From the NCBI GenBank assembly GCA_053919585.1, contig CM132823.1: 64,000 nucleotides of DNA, one strand, 5' to 3'. The stretch comes from Euprymna scolopes. Its lineage: Eukaryota. Shown here one piece after another: positions 39,690 through 49,998 of this stretch. Position 1 is the stretch's first letter. Every line of letters starts with the position of its first letter. The notes beneath the pieces were generated by a model. It did not search any database and was not told the DNA's origin. It worked only from the letters and a program-made list of their open reading frames with translations. A program made the position numbers and the translations under genes.

Positions 39690-42600
39690 GGGTTATTCCA
39701 GCCCAATTCATCCAGCCCCGACACACCCCCTCTTGGATTTTTTTCATATTTACACCATACAAACTTTGGGTTAAAACTAAGAAATCTGCAATTTCAGCCC
39801 AGTTGGATTTCAGGAACATATTTTTTTTCACAGTTGGTTTCGGCCTGGAAATCAAAAATTGCTATCTCATGACGTAGAATTTTCGACTCCCGGCGTTTTA
39901 CAAAATTTGCATTTTTGTTGCAAAAAATAAAGCTCTGGAGCTAAATATTCACACATATAAGGTTTTGAGGGCAAGGAATCCAAAAATCATGGTTAGAAAG
40001 ATGGCAAATGAGAGGAAGTACCTTATTTTTACCATTTTAGGTGGTGCCGCAGCACTTTTTTAGAGCTTGTTTGGGGCGATATTTTATTGAGAAAAAAACA
40101 TAACTGTGGTGCTTTGCCAGACTTCTCCTTTGGATTTTTAAAGTGACAATGGGTTGGAAATTACAAAAATCAAATAAAACCTTTCGGCATATTTGACATT
40201 TCCAGACACTAAAGCCTCAAAATTGGCATTTTTATAAAAATTTAAGGATTTTTTGGTGAATTTGGCAACAATCTAATCTTAAGTTATGATCAATATCTAG
40301 AGCTGAAAAAAGACTTGGATCGGCTCATTATAGCCCATTTTCATAATATAATGTCAAATTACATCATATAAAAGGATATGGACCCCTACTTCACAGTCAA
40401 AATGGACAAAAAAATAGTCGAAAATAAAAGACTGATGCATAATCTAGTTTATCATAAGAAAAACTGTCAAACAAATATAAAACAGACATTTGTTATAACT
40501 CCAACTATCGACTTAATCTGTCAAAATAGTTCTGAGTCTTATTTTTCTCCTCCTTGGTGATGAAATATGTTCTACCATTCACTGAAATACTTGGGGTCTG
40601 CACTCTCATAACGACCTTGCTTAGTGGAATATAGCCTCTATCCCTATTAGTTGGCCAGTGGAATTGATGTGATGGTCCATGTGGATGCAGGAATTTGCAA
40701 GTAAGATCTTTCTCTTCCCTGTTGACACTCTCAATCAATGCTAACCACCAATATCCATCAAAAATGCAAGTAATGTAGTCATTGCATTTGAGCAACTCCA
40801 GAGTTTCATCTAGCGGCGTAGGCATGTCCAGGAAAGAATGGTCGATAAAGATCGTTGTGTCAGCACTCAGTTGCTTGCCCTGAATAGTAAACTGAGAAGT
40901 TGGTTTGAAATAGTGACAGCTCCTTGTACCAGGCACAGTATCTCCCAGTTTATATCTCATTTGAAGTTTCTCTCGAACTGAAACCATGTCTTCTTTGTCG
41001 ATCTTTAGAAACATGATACCAGTGATCGATGATCTGCAAAAGTCTGCAACAGCATGAAAAGTGAGTATTTGGTCTTTTATTGGCCTTTGCAAGCTGGCAC
41101 GGAGAACTTTGCGTTTGACAGCCCCACCAATTCCATCACAGGGTGATTTGCCATGGCTAGTTGCAAAAAATGCCCAAGTTGCATCAATTCCAAAATCTGA
41201 TGAGTGATGGCAAAGGTTAATAAATGCTTTGAAGTTTTTATATTGGGCAGCACAGCCATCGCTGAAGTACTCTACACTCTTGATCCAGGGAAATTTCTCT
41301 TTGATGTACAACATCACCATTCTTTGCAGTTCATGCACAAAACAGGTGTCATGCTCAAGGTCATCTGAAATGATGCATAATGAGATCTGTTGAAGTTTAC
41401 CATTGTTATCTTTGTAATAAATTACCACTGGATGTATGGTACACTGGTCTTTGTTCCAGTGATATCCCTGGATCTCATCTTGCACCACGTAGTGATAATT
41501 TTCCGCAAAGTCCAAGAGAAGTATACATTCGGTCTCAGTTATTTCTTCTCTTCTCTTTTTTAGATACTGCGCTTGGCTCTTTGCTGTGAAGGAATGGGTC
41601 GTTAGATTATCAACATTGTATACCAATATCTCTATGAAGTAATCTACATCAGCCATCTGTGTCCGTAGCATTGTCCTATCCACACTCTCCCACTGACTAT
41701 ATGACATCTCACTGTCAATTTCCAATTCAGTAAATTTATCTCTGATATACTTCTCTAGAGCAGGGAAACCTGGGCATTTAGGACAACGGTGGACCATACA
41801 TTCAAGACTATTGGTGTCGCAAACTACCAAGGCCATCAAATCTTTGTAAGTGATATTAAAATTGGGATTTTCAGTTGGTACATTAGCAGCACTCTCATCT
41901 CTGGATTCTTCAGCTTTCCTTCTGAGCTGAGTCTTGACAGTTGAAACAAAGCAGTCAACAAGCAATTTGGTATTTTGATGGTGGGTGCAAACACAAACTG
42001 AATGAGAACCTGATGTCAAGACGGTGACGCACCATTTTGGACGGAGCTCACAGAACTTTGAAAGACCTATTTTGTGTTCAGGATAGCTTTCTTTGTAAGC
42101 TACATAAAGCTCCTTAAGATTGCATAATAGGAGCCGTTTCTGGACATGAACTTTATTACCAATGCTCACAAAATCTTTCCCTCCAGGCATTAACCGTGAA
42201 AATTCATTGTCCTCATAGAAAGCCAAGACAGAATTGATAACCTCTTTTGAGAGACCTCTCCCCTTCTTTTTCTGTGGCAATGAAAGAATACCTCGATCCT
42301 TTTTCAGTTGCCGTGCTTCACGTACTATATATTCAGAGACATTGAAATATTCAGACACCTCTTTTCGAGACCAACTTTCCGGAGCTAAAGTCATCAACTG
42401 GATCCTCTCACTGGTTTTCATTTCTTTATTCTCAAGTTTGTCCTTCATTGCATCCAACAAACAATCATAATCTTTTGCCTTTGCCACTAAATCCGTTTGA
42501 CTCGTTTGGCTGCTAATAGGGCTTCCTAATTCAGGGCTAGAGATGTTAAGGACTTTGACAGCTGCCTCTACTTGCATTTCATAGTTTCTTTCTAATTTCT

Positions 42601-43858
42601 CTCTGACAATATTGATTTTTGTGTGCTTCTGCATTCTACCGGTTTTTATAGGGGATATATCAAACATCATTAGACTGTCATTCAGTTTCTCTCTCTTTTG
42701 TTCAATTTGCGACTCATTTTCAAGGTCTTGGTTGTCACTTCCTTCTGTTTCACTTGTATCTTCTAACTTCTTGGCAGCTACTTCACAGTGACGGCAAAGC
42801 TTCCAGCCAGGAACAACATGGTAGCCCTTCTGCTTTAGCATCTCAGCCATGTCTAACTTGATAGCACGATCACCCTTTACCTTTCTTTTGTGCTTCAAAA
42901 AGATGTTGCAGCACTTTGTATATTTTTTCTCAAAGTAATGCCCCAAATGAAATTCGTGATACCTGCAAATGTTAGCAACGGTTTCATCAGTGAGTGTGAC
43001 ACCAGCTCTTAATTTGAGCACAGTTCTTACATCATGCTCTAATGCAGTTATTGGTGTTGAAGATGGCTTCAGATTGCGGTGACATGCACTCTTCATTAGT
43101 AATCCAAAAGAACATTGAGGAGCACTTGTCATCAATGATGTATCTCCTCCCTCTCGTTTCCTTGGTTCAGAAGACATTCTTAATTTATTGCTCTGGAAGA
43201 AAGATGTGAAATAATAATTCACAATGAGCAGAATATGCAATACTCAACTGAATCAGAACTTTTTGAGATATTGGAATCAGAAAAATTTTAACCTAATTTC
43301 TGATTCCAAAAACAATTCTTTTAATATCATTTTAAACTTAATTTTCCACTGCTGGTACTGATAAATATTTATTGTTTTTAAACTATTAGTAAAAATAAAC
43401 TTTAGATCATAATAACATCAAAATAAGGTGTAAATTTAATTTACTTGCATAAAATAAACAAAACAGAAATTGAAACTTCATGAAAATTCGTTCTTAACCT
43501 TTAGAAAATGCAGTTTATTTACAAGTTTATAAAAAAAATGGTTTTCAAGAAAAATAATATCAACTTTATTGTCAATTAAATCAAACGTAGAATATAAAAC
43601 GTGCCTTTTTTATAATTTATTTATTTTATGCTTTTGTCCTCTATGACAAGGCAAAAGATGTGAAAAAGAACATCTTACCAAGTTTGTTTAATCTTGGCCA
43701 TGTTAATGTTACTGATAAAACTTCATAAAATCAGTAAAACCACGTCCCTTTCCTCCTAACCTTAAGTCCTGATGGTAATACGAATAATGAAATTTAATAA
43801 AATTAACAAAAGATAAAAAGTATATGCGATGTGGATGTAACAGGGTTTTTAATAGTTC
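39690..43858 (-). mobile_element. Sola2-like DNA transposon, one end truncated
   Basis: Begins GGGTTATTCC exactly where homology to the viral upstream region ends. No matching TIR at the other end, which abuts the VP fragment. Confidence 0.65.
40505..43177 (-). CDS. DDD transposase, Sola2-like (~890 aa, uninterrupted)
   Basis: VCVCTHH, LLDFAENY, FSDGCAAQYKN, FFATSHGKSPCDGIGG. Likely start is MSSEP after a ttccag acceptor. Confidence 0.8.
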   Translation of the reverse strand: MSSEPRKREGGDTSLMTSAPQCSFGLLMKSACHRNLKPSSTPITALEHDVRTVLKLRAGVTLTDETVANICRYHEFHLGHYFEKKYTKCCNIFLKHKRKVKGDRAIKLDMAEMLKQKGYHVVPGWKLCRHCEVAAKKLEDTSETEGSDNQDLENESQIEQKREKLNDSLMMFDISPIKTGRMQKHTKINIVREKLERNYEMQVEAAVKVLNISSPELGSPISSQTSQTDLVAKAKDYDCLLDAMKDKLENKEMKTSERIQLMTLAPESWSRKEVSEYFNVSEYIVREARQLKKDRGILSLPQKKKGRGLSKEVINSVLAFYEDNEFSRLMPGGKDFVSIGNKVHVQKRLLLCNLKELYVAYKESYPEHKIGLSKFCELRPKWCVTVLTSGSHSVCVCTHHQNTKLLVDCFVSTVKTQLRRKAEESRDESAANVPTENPNFNITYKDLMALVVCDTNSLECMVHRCPKCPGFPALEKYIRDKFTELEIDSEMSYSQWESVDRTMLRTQMADVDYFIEILVYNVDNLTTHSFTAKSQAQYLKKRREEITETECILLLDFAENYHYVVQDEIQGYHWNKDQCTIHPVVIYYKDNNGKLQQISLCIISDDLEHDTCFVHELQRMVMLYIKEKFPWIKSVEYFSDGCAAQYKNFKAFINLCHHSSDFGIDATWAFFATSHGKSPCDGIGGAVKRKVLRASLQRPIKDQILTFHAVADFCRSSITGIMFLKIDKEDMVSVREKLQMRYKLGDTVPGTRSCHYFKPTSQFTIQGKQLSADTTIFIDHSFLDMPTPLDETLELLKCNDYITCIFDGYWWLALIESVNREEKDLTCKFLHPHGPSHQFHWPTNRDRGYIPLSKVVMRVQTPSISVNGRTYFITKEEKNKTQNYFDRLSR

Positions 43859-44180
43859 ACGCTCCGCTGCCGTTGTCGTTCGCGACTGTGCTCGCCTCCG
43901 AATCGACTTCCATACCTGCTTCGCAGCTAGCAGTGTAAGTAGGATCAAGTTTAATTCGTTTAGGTGGGGGATCGAAGTAGTCGTCCAGTCCCAGGTAATG
44001 CTTTGCTCTGAGTGCCCCTCGCGATAAAGCTCCCAACACACCTGTTCCAGCAGAGTCCTTGTAGAATTGGTCATCTGCTTCTTTGGTCTTGCCTTTTCCG
44101 TAGTTGAAATCGTGTCTTTTTGCGGCCCAGTCCAAGCGATTTAGGGGAGGCAGGTATTTTTTGTAGTCGAGGTTTTTGCC
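43857..44180 (-). pseudogene. VP1: Parvoviral VP1-unique region fragment with phospholipase A2 domain
   Basis: GKNLD...PLNRLDWAAKRHDFNY...EADDQF (parvoviral PLA2 HDxxY motif), then NLS-like PPPKRIKL and a Gly/Ser-rich start. Confidence 0.85.
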
Positions 44181-45130
44181 CTGAATAAAACCTGAATCGC
44201 ATACTCCATGGAAACATGAGAAATACCAATATTTTGCTACAGATAAGATGCCATCATCCAAACACGAATCGCATTGGAATTCGGATGACGAAGCAAATTC
44301 TTGTTACATTAATTCCTTCGACAGAATCTGTGAAACAACAAAGTTTTTCCAGTTCACAAATTCTTCATGACATTTCAGACATTTGCAATTTGTTTTGGCT
44401 CTGTCCAAAGTTTTGATGAAACATGACTCACATACTCCATGAAAACATGAGAAGCATTTGAAGAGTCTAGTTGTCTGTAATACCTTTTTTCTTTTCTTTG
44501 TGAGTTTATTTTATTGTTTCTAAATGTATAGTGACATTTTTTAAATATAATTTTCTTTTTTCATCCTGTTTTCTGTCGTGTGTGTTTGTATTAGTTTTTT
44601 CTTAATTGTTTTGTGTATTTTCTTCTTAATCATCAGTCTTTCATATATTGTGTAATTGGTGCTCCCATCCTCATGTGTGAATGGTAGGTGTATGATGCAA
44701 AGGTCGCATAAGAAACCAAACATACCGATATATAAGAAATAAATGTAGATTTATTTAGATAAAAATGCAAGAGAGAATAAGTGACAATAAGAGTTTGGTA
44801 AAAAGAGATGATTGGAAATGTTGCTTGTGGTATTGGAATGCGTTATTGTCAATCTTTACTTGTTAATAGTCCAGCGAAAAGAGAAAGAAATCTATACAAA
44901 AGGAAGTGACGTAGTTGCATTGCCCTCTGGTGGCAAGGCATGTGTTGTGTTTGTGAGTTTGTTGGCTGGGAAATTTCAATTCCCACAAATTCTCATCTTC
45001 TCCAGCAAGAGTTAATAAGTTATTGTGGACAGTGACAGAAGGAGACAGATCTGTCTTCCTTGCCAGTTGAGTCCCCTGATGATTTTTGTGTTTCTACAAC
45101 TGGCTAAAAATAGTTCCTAAGAGACAAATG
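44173..45130 (-). repeat. Duplicate of host segment 20047-21058 (RING/B-box fragment + motif-rich upstream region)
   Basis: Colinear high-identity match, sandwiched between viral VP and NS1 fragments. Confidence 0.9.
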
Positions 45131-45630
45131 TGGAACCCGTTCTTTTTGGCCCGTATCATGTGGCATACCTCGAAGAGGTTCCGCCCGAATTCGACTGGAT
45201 CGAAACCGTGATACTCGGCCCATGCGTCGTAAATGTCCAGGCTTTTTTGTACAGTCCAGTAGCGGTTTCCGTCCATTGAGAACAGGTCCTTTTTCTGTCA
45301 TATCTGCTCGAATATTGGTGTCACTTTTGTTTGGATTTGCAGGTCACTGGCCGCGGCCTGCATTATGGGCTGAATGTTTTGAGTGTTCGTGAAAATGTGT
45401 TCCCATGTATCACGAAGTTTAGAGTTTGTAGACTGCTTGCAGTACAACATGACCTTGGCCATGTCGGTGCTGTTGCAGCGCCGCATGATGTCCAATATGA
45501 ACTTGTATTTTTGTCCACGTAGTGTGGACTTACCAGTGAAGCCTGTCTCAACATTCGGTTCCTCAGTTTTCTGCAGCGGTTTGTCACAGATTCTTCTGTA
45601 GATCGCAAGTTGCCCGGGCGTCTCCATGGT
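45128..45630 (-). pseudogene. NS1: Parvovirus NS1 internal fragment, copy 4
   Basis: ETPGQLAIYRRICDKPLQK...KVTPIFEQI*...YWTVQKSLDIYDAW...KKNGFH. A distinct variant, disrupted. Confidence 0.9.
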
Positions 45631-45782
45631 GTTTGTCCTCTCCCTCATGAATTGGCACTTCGGCAATTTAAGCCTCAGGCCGTGCTCCCTCAGGCTGCTC
45701 ATCACCTGCCGCAGGTGGACATAGTGCTCCTCCGGGTTCCTTGAAAATATCAGGATGTCGTCTAGGTAGGCCATGGCAAAGT
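45631..45782 (-). mobile_element. Gypsy RT fragment duplicated from 49570-49721
   Basis: FAMAYLDDILIFSRNPEEH...KCQFMRERT, essentially identical to the downstream copy. Confidence 0.9.
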
Positions 45783-46337
45783 GGGCCCAGATGGCCAATG
45801 TTTGGAAATAGAGGTGAAGCATCATCACAAATGACTTTTATAAGATTATTTTCAAAACTTTTGAGGCATATGATCAACTTGGGTTCATTTTAATTAGATT
45901 TTAACTGATATTTGTCTCTGAAAACAGTTCTGGGACCAAATTGACCTATTTTGGCTGTGTCACAAAATGTCGCGAATCTACCGAAATTTACTAAATTCAG
46001 AGAAATATTGAAATAGGCATTATTTCAGTTTGGATTGAGATAGGAAAGTGGTTGAGGGCTTGTTAGAAGCGTATGGCCAAGGAGAACATAATGGAAGCAA
46101 TTCATGTTGAGCTAATATACCAGTTTATGTATTGGCTTTTATAAAGTAATGAATCTGTCTGAAATTGTGTATTTCTGTTGAAAATTGCACAGGTAACAAT
46201 ACAAACATTATGTGTATTATTGAATTTTCTCAAAACCTCACATAAAGATAATATAAATTAATCAAGAAAAATGTCTTCAATAAGGCTTGCATACCAGTTC
46301 TTGGACAAGCCAAACAACCGATTATGTGAACATATGG
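45777..46337 (-). mobile_element. 3' end remnant of a second Transib-like element
   Basis: Terminus caaagtgggcccagatggcc. Last codons SHNRLFGLSKNWYASLIEDIFLD* are paralogous to the adjacent transposase C-terminus. Confidence 0.75.
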
Positions 46338-49300
46338 CACACTGGCCCCAGATCGCCAAACTTTGGAAATAGAGATTAGGCGAAGTCTTACTTTGATTTT
46401 TCTGGCATTTTCTCGTTTTTTTTTTCAGTTTTATACCCAAGTACAGAGTAACTAAAGCATATTTTGACTTAGAGAAAGTGTATAAAAGGATACAGGAACC
46501 AAAAATGCTTTGATTTTGTCTAAATTCACGAAATTAGGAGAAATTATAAAATTGGAGTAGTTTCGTTGACTCAACCGAGATAATTCAGTTTGTGTTATGT
46601 TTCTCATTCCATACTGGCAGATAAGAATATAAAATAAAACAACAAATAAATCACCATCTAGTCAAGAAAAATGTCTTCAACGAGGCTTGCATACCACCGC
46701 TTCGGTAGACCTACCAACCGACCATGCGACCGAATGGTGTGATCGTCAGCTCCACATTCCGTGCAAAATTTTCTTGCCTGAAAATGAGTGGTTATGTTCT
46801 GGATGATTGGATCTGATCGTTCCAGTAACCTGGCCATTACATCAGTTAATTGGAGCAGTGGGTCAGTTTTCCTCGACAAGAACTGCAAGTAGTTGCGAAT
46901 GTCTTTGTTGTTCGACTCTAAGCATTCCTCTGACAGACTTCCCAGTCCATGAGCATCATTTAGACTCATCAATTCTGTTGAATGATGAAGAGTCCCATGC
47001 AAGGTGTGATTCATCATGACCCATGGGAAGTTGTCACACAAATTGTATGAAGTCTGCTCACAAAGTTCTTTGAACTTCATCAGATCGATCTTACGTGACG
47101 ACGACACAACCGATAGAACAGTGGAGAGCTGACGATGAAGGAGAAGCAGGTTTTCTCGGTGTTTTTCATCAACTAATTTTTCGATTGAAGCTAGAACTTC
47201 CTCTGAAAAGAAGCGACGGCCTTGTGGACCATTGGTTGATGTCCCACCTTTTCCACCAGCAGAGTTGACTCTATCAAGATACAGGCCTGTCTCTGTGTAG
47301 ATCGCTTTGAGAACTCGATCCTTCGTTCGACTGACAGGTTCACCACGAACGTCGGACCTCTCAATCCACTGTTGGTAGTCAGCATGGCACCGATACAAAA
47401 CCTTCAGGAACCACGTTGTTCCATTGATGTACGAATGAGTCACAGTGATGCTTGATTGGTCAGATGTTGTGAGTGGCTTCTTGGTTAATCCTTGACGAGT
47501 CTCAAAATCTCCTTGTTTTGCTTTGACTTTACCATTCTCATCAACTAGTTCATTGTACAGCTCGAGAGAATTCTTTGCCGATCTGTTAATGGGAAAGCCC
47601 TCTGCAACCTTGGTTCTGTCAGTCCAATCAGCCCCTCCCAACCCTGAAATGTCCCTTTTGAATTTCAGATCCTTCATTGAATCGTGTACTATGACATTCA
47701 CATCATATCCTTGACCATCAGCAGTAACAAAAATTCCATCTGAAGCCAACTCTTGGCGTGCTTTGTCTGTAGTGGGAACGACCATATTAAGATCTTCATC
47801 GGTCTCTTTCTCCCTGATCAAGAATAGTGGTCTTAATGTTCTACAGTTGTTTGGCGAGTGATTCTGCCACAGACAAAAAGAAGAACCGTCCTGGTAACGA
47901 GCAAGTAGTTTCAGTGGTGTAATGCCATACTGGAACATATTTTCAGTTGCGTCCAGCATACTTGTAGACTTCCACACTACTTGTTGACCAGCACCGTCAC
48001 ATCCATCTTTAAACACCATTTCAAGGACACCATCTCTGCATTTATCTTTTATGATTTTCTTAGGGATCAAGGATATGATGGACTCGATCGTCATTTTCAC
48101 TAGGTCCTTGTACTGCACCTGAACTCCACTGTCATCAAGAACTGGGGAGATACTGGGGCGGAGCTTTTTACGTCCCTCCAACAACTCATTGCTGGTTGGA
48201 AAATAGATTCCCTTCGCAGCAAGTATGTGCCTCATCTTTCTCATTTGCTCCCTACTCAACGTTAATGAATGCATCAATGCAATCGCTTCATTGATCTCAA
48301 AGGAATGAATATCGTTCACATTGGACGAAAATATCTCATACCCAACTCGAGCTGTCTTCTTTTCCGATTGAATATTCACACGATGAATCATATATCCTAG
48401 CAACTGAGTGACTGAAAGCTCAGGACATTCCTTTGCAGCGTATTCTTCAATGTAGTCGAGCAGACCCTGTGTTCTTTCCTTCTGCATTCTCTCCCCTAAG
48501 TTGACAAAACTCTTCCTTTGCTTCTTTCCAACTTGTGGACAGTTCCCTTCCATTTCGATTTCTTCTTTCGATGCTTGAGCAAGGATTTCGGTGTTTGCTA
48601 GGCGTTTCTTTTTCAATCGTTTGAAATGGTTCCATGCATTCAAGAAGAAGCCACTGATTTCTTTGTTTTCGTGAAAACCATGAGTTTCTCTGAATTGGCG
48701 AAAGCATTTGGCATATTCAGGTGGTTTGGTACGGCATAATGCAGCCTGACTAATGATGGCTTCGAAGACCTGATATTCTGTGGTGAGAACATTGTTGCCT
48801 GCCATCTGAATATGATAATTTCTTTTTTTTAAACTTCAGTTAACCCGATAATAGCCTGTAATGAAGAAAAAAGCATAGACATTAACTGAATGGTCATATA
48901 GAATAATAGAATACTCAAAATATTTGATAGAACATGTAAAAGCAAATTAAAACTTTGGCAAAATGCCCGAATTTGGTAATTTGGTCCCAGATCCCGGAAA
49001 AATGAAAATTCTATTTGTCAGAAAAAAAATTTACTGCTAAGATTTACAAAACAAATTTGACATAGTTAGAAAGGTCTTAGGCTATATTTTTTGAAACATA
49101 TATACTTTGATATGTAAATCTTAGCGGTTTTTGAGCTATTTGAGGAATTGAACAAAAAATAAATGACAATTTTGCTGAAACATTAAGCTAAAATTTCACT
49201 AAATAAGCTTTTATCTTATCAAAATTTCATCTATTATACCACAAACAAGACCTCTGTTAGAAAAAAAAGATGAATTTAGTTATACAAATTGAAAAAATAA

Positions 49301-49564
49301 CATCAAAAAATCCATTATGGCATTTTATTTACAAATTCTGGCTTAGTTTATATGATAAGGTTCATATGTAGTCAAGAATATGATCTCGACACGATTTTGA
49401 ATTTCCGCTAGGTTTGAGATAGCATAAAATCACTTCACGTGATGCTACAGACCTAATTTTTTTTTTGTTTGTTCAGAAATTTTATTTACTTACAGAATTT
49501 CTATAGTTCAAGGTACATAGAGAAAGTTTTTTTTTAGGCTATTTCCACGTCTGGGCCCACTGTG
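46338..49564 (-). mobile_element. Transib/RAG1-like DNA transposon
   Basis: Termini CACACTGGCCCCAGA and (reverse complement) CACAGTGGGCCCAGA. No matching TSD. Confidence 0.85.
46658..48805 (-). CDS. Transib/RAG1-core-like DDE transposase (715 aa; lacks the CxxC after the 2nd Asp)
   Basis: FKDGCDG (RAG1 KESCDG), SMKDLK, INRSAKNSLELY...RQGLTKKPL (RAG1 ITRSHAENLQRY...VKGVSAKPF), HGTLHH, LSEECLESNNKDIR (RAG1 SEGNESGNKLFR). Confidence 0.85.
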   Translation of the reverse strand: MAGNNVLTTEYQVFEAIISQAALCRTKPPEYAKCFRQFRETHGFHENKEISGFFLNAWNHFKRLKKKRLANTEILAQASKEEIEMEGNCPQVGKKQRKSFVNLGERMQKERTQGLLDYIEEYAAKECPELSVTQLLGYMIHRVNIQSEKKTARVGYEIFSSNVNDIHSFEINEAIALMHSLTLSREQMRKMRHILAAKGIYFPTSNELLEGRKKLRPSISPVLDDSGVQVQYKDLVKMTIESIISLIPKKIIKDKCRDGVLEMVFKDGCDGAGQQVVWKSTSMLDATENMFQYGITPLKLLARYQDGSSFCLWQNHSPNNCRTLRPLFLIREKETDEDLNMVVPTTDKARQELASDGIFVTADGQGYDVNVIVHDSMKDLKFKRDISGLGGADWTDRTKVAEGFPINRSAKNSLELYNELVDENGKVKAKQGDFETRQGLTKKPLTTSDQSSITVTHSYINGTTWFLKVLYRCHADYQQWIERSDVRGEPVSRTKDRVLKAIYTETGLYLDRVNSAGGKGGTSTNGPQGRRFFSEEVLASIEKLVDEKHRENLLLLHRQLSTVLSVVSSSRKIDLMKFKELCEQTSYNLCDNFPWVMMNHTLHGTLHHSTELMSLNDAHGLGSLSEECLESNNKDIRNYLQFLSRKTDPLLQLTDVMARLLERSDPIIQNITTHFQARKFCTECGADDHTIRSHGRLVGLPKRWYASLVEDIFLD

Positions 49565-49998
49565 AGGTAGTTTGTCCTCTCCCTCATGAATTGGCACTTC
49601 GGCAATTTAAGCCTCAGGCCGTGCTCCCTCAGGCTGCTCATCACCTGCCGCAGGTGGACATAGTGCTCCTCCGGGTTCCTTGAAAATATCAGGATGTCGT
49701 CTAGGTAGGCCATGGCAAAGTCCTACATGCCCCCCAGCACAATGGACATCAACTGAGTAAACACCCCCGGAGCGTTAGCCCACCCAAAAGGCATCATTCT
49801 AAAATGAAATAGCCCGGCATGACAAGTTAAAGGCGGCCTTCTCCCGATCCCTCTTCTTTAGGCTCACCTGCCAATAACCCGACCTCAAGTCCAGGATGGA
49901 GAAGCACGTGGATCTCCCTAGCAAAGCCAAGATATCATCAATCAGGGGAAGGGGCACCGCCAACAGCTTGGTGACGGCATTCAGCCGCCGGAAATCTA

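Noticed and set aside
39535-39724. N-terminal extension of NS1 copy 2
   Set aside because: Starts inside the Sola2 terminus and crosses the TATA box. The other copies start at MEA/MEG.
43857-44261. B-box-PLA2 fusion gene
   Set aside because: Chance in-frame junction between a decayed host repeat and a truncated VP fragment that has lost its YLGP calcium-loop start.
45298-45828. RT-NS1 fusion ORF (176 aa)
   Set aside because: Spans three unrelated fragments (Transib end, Gypsy RT, NS1) with no complete domain.
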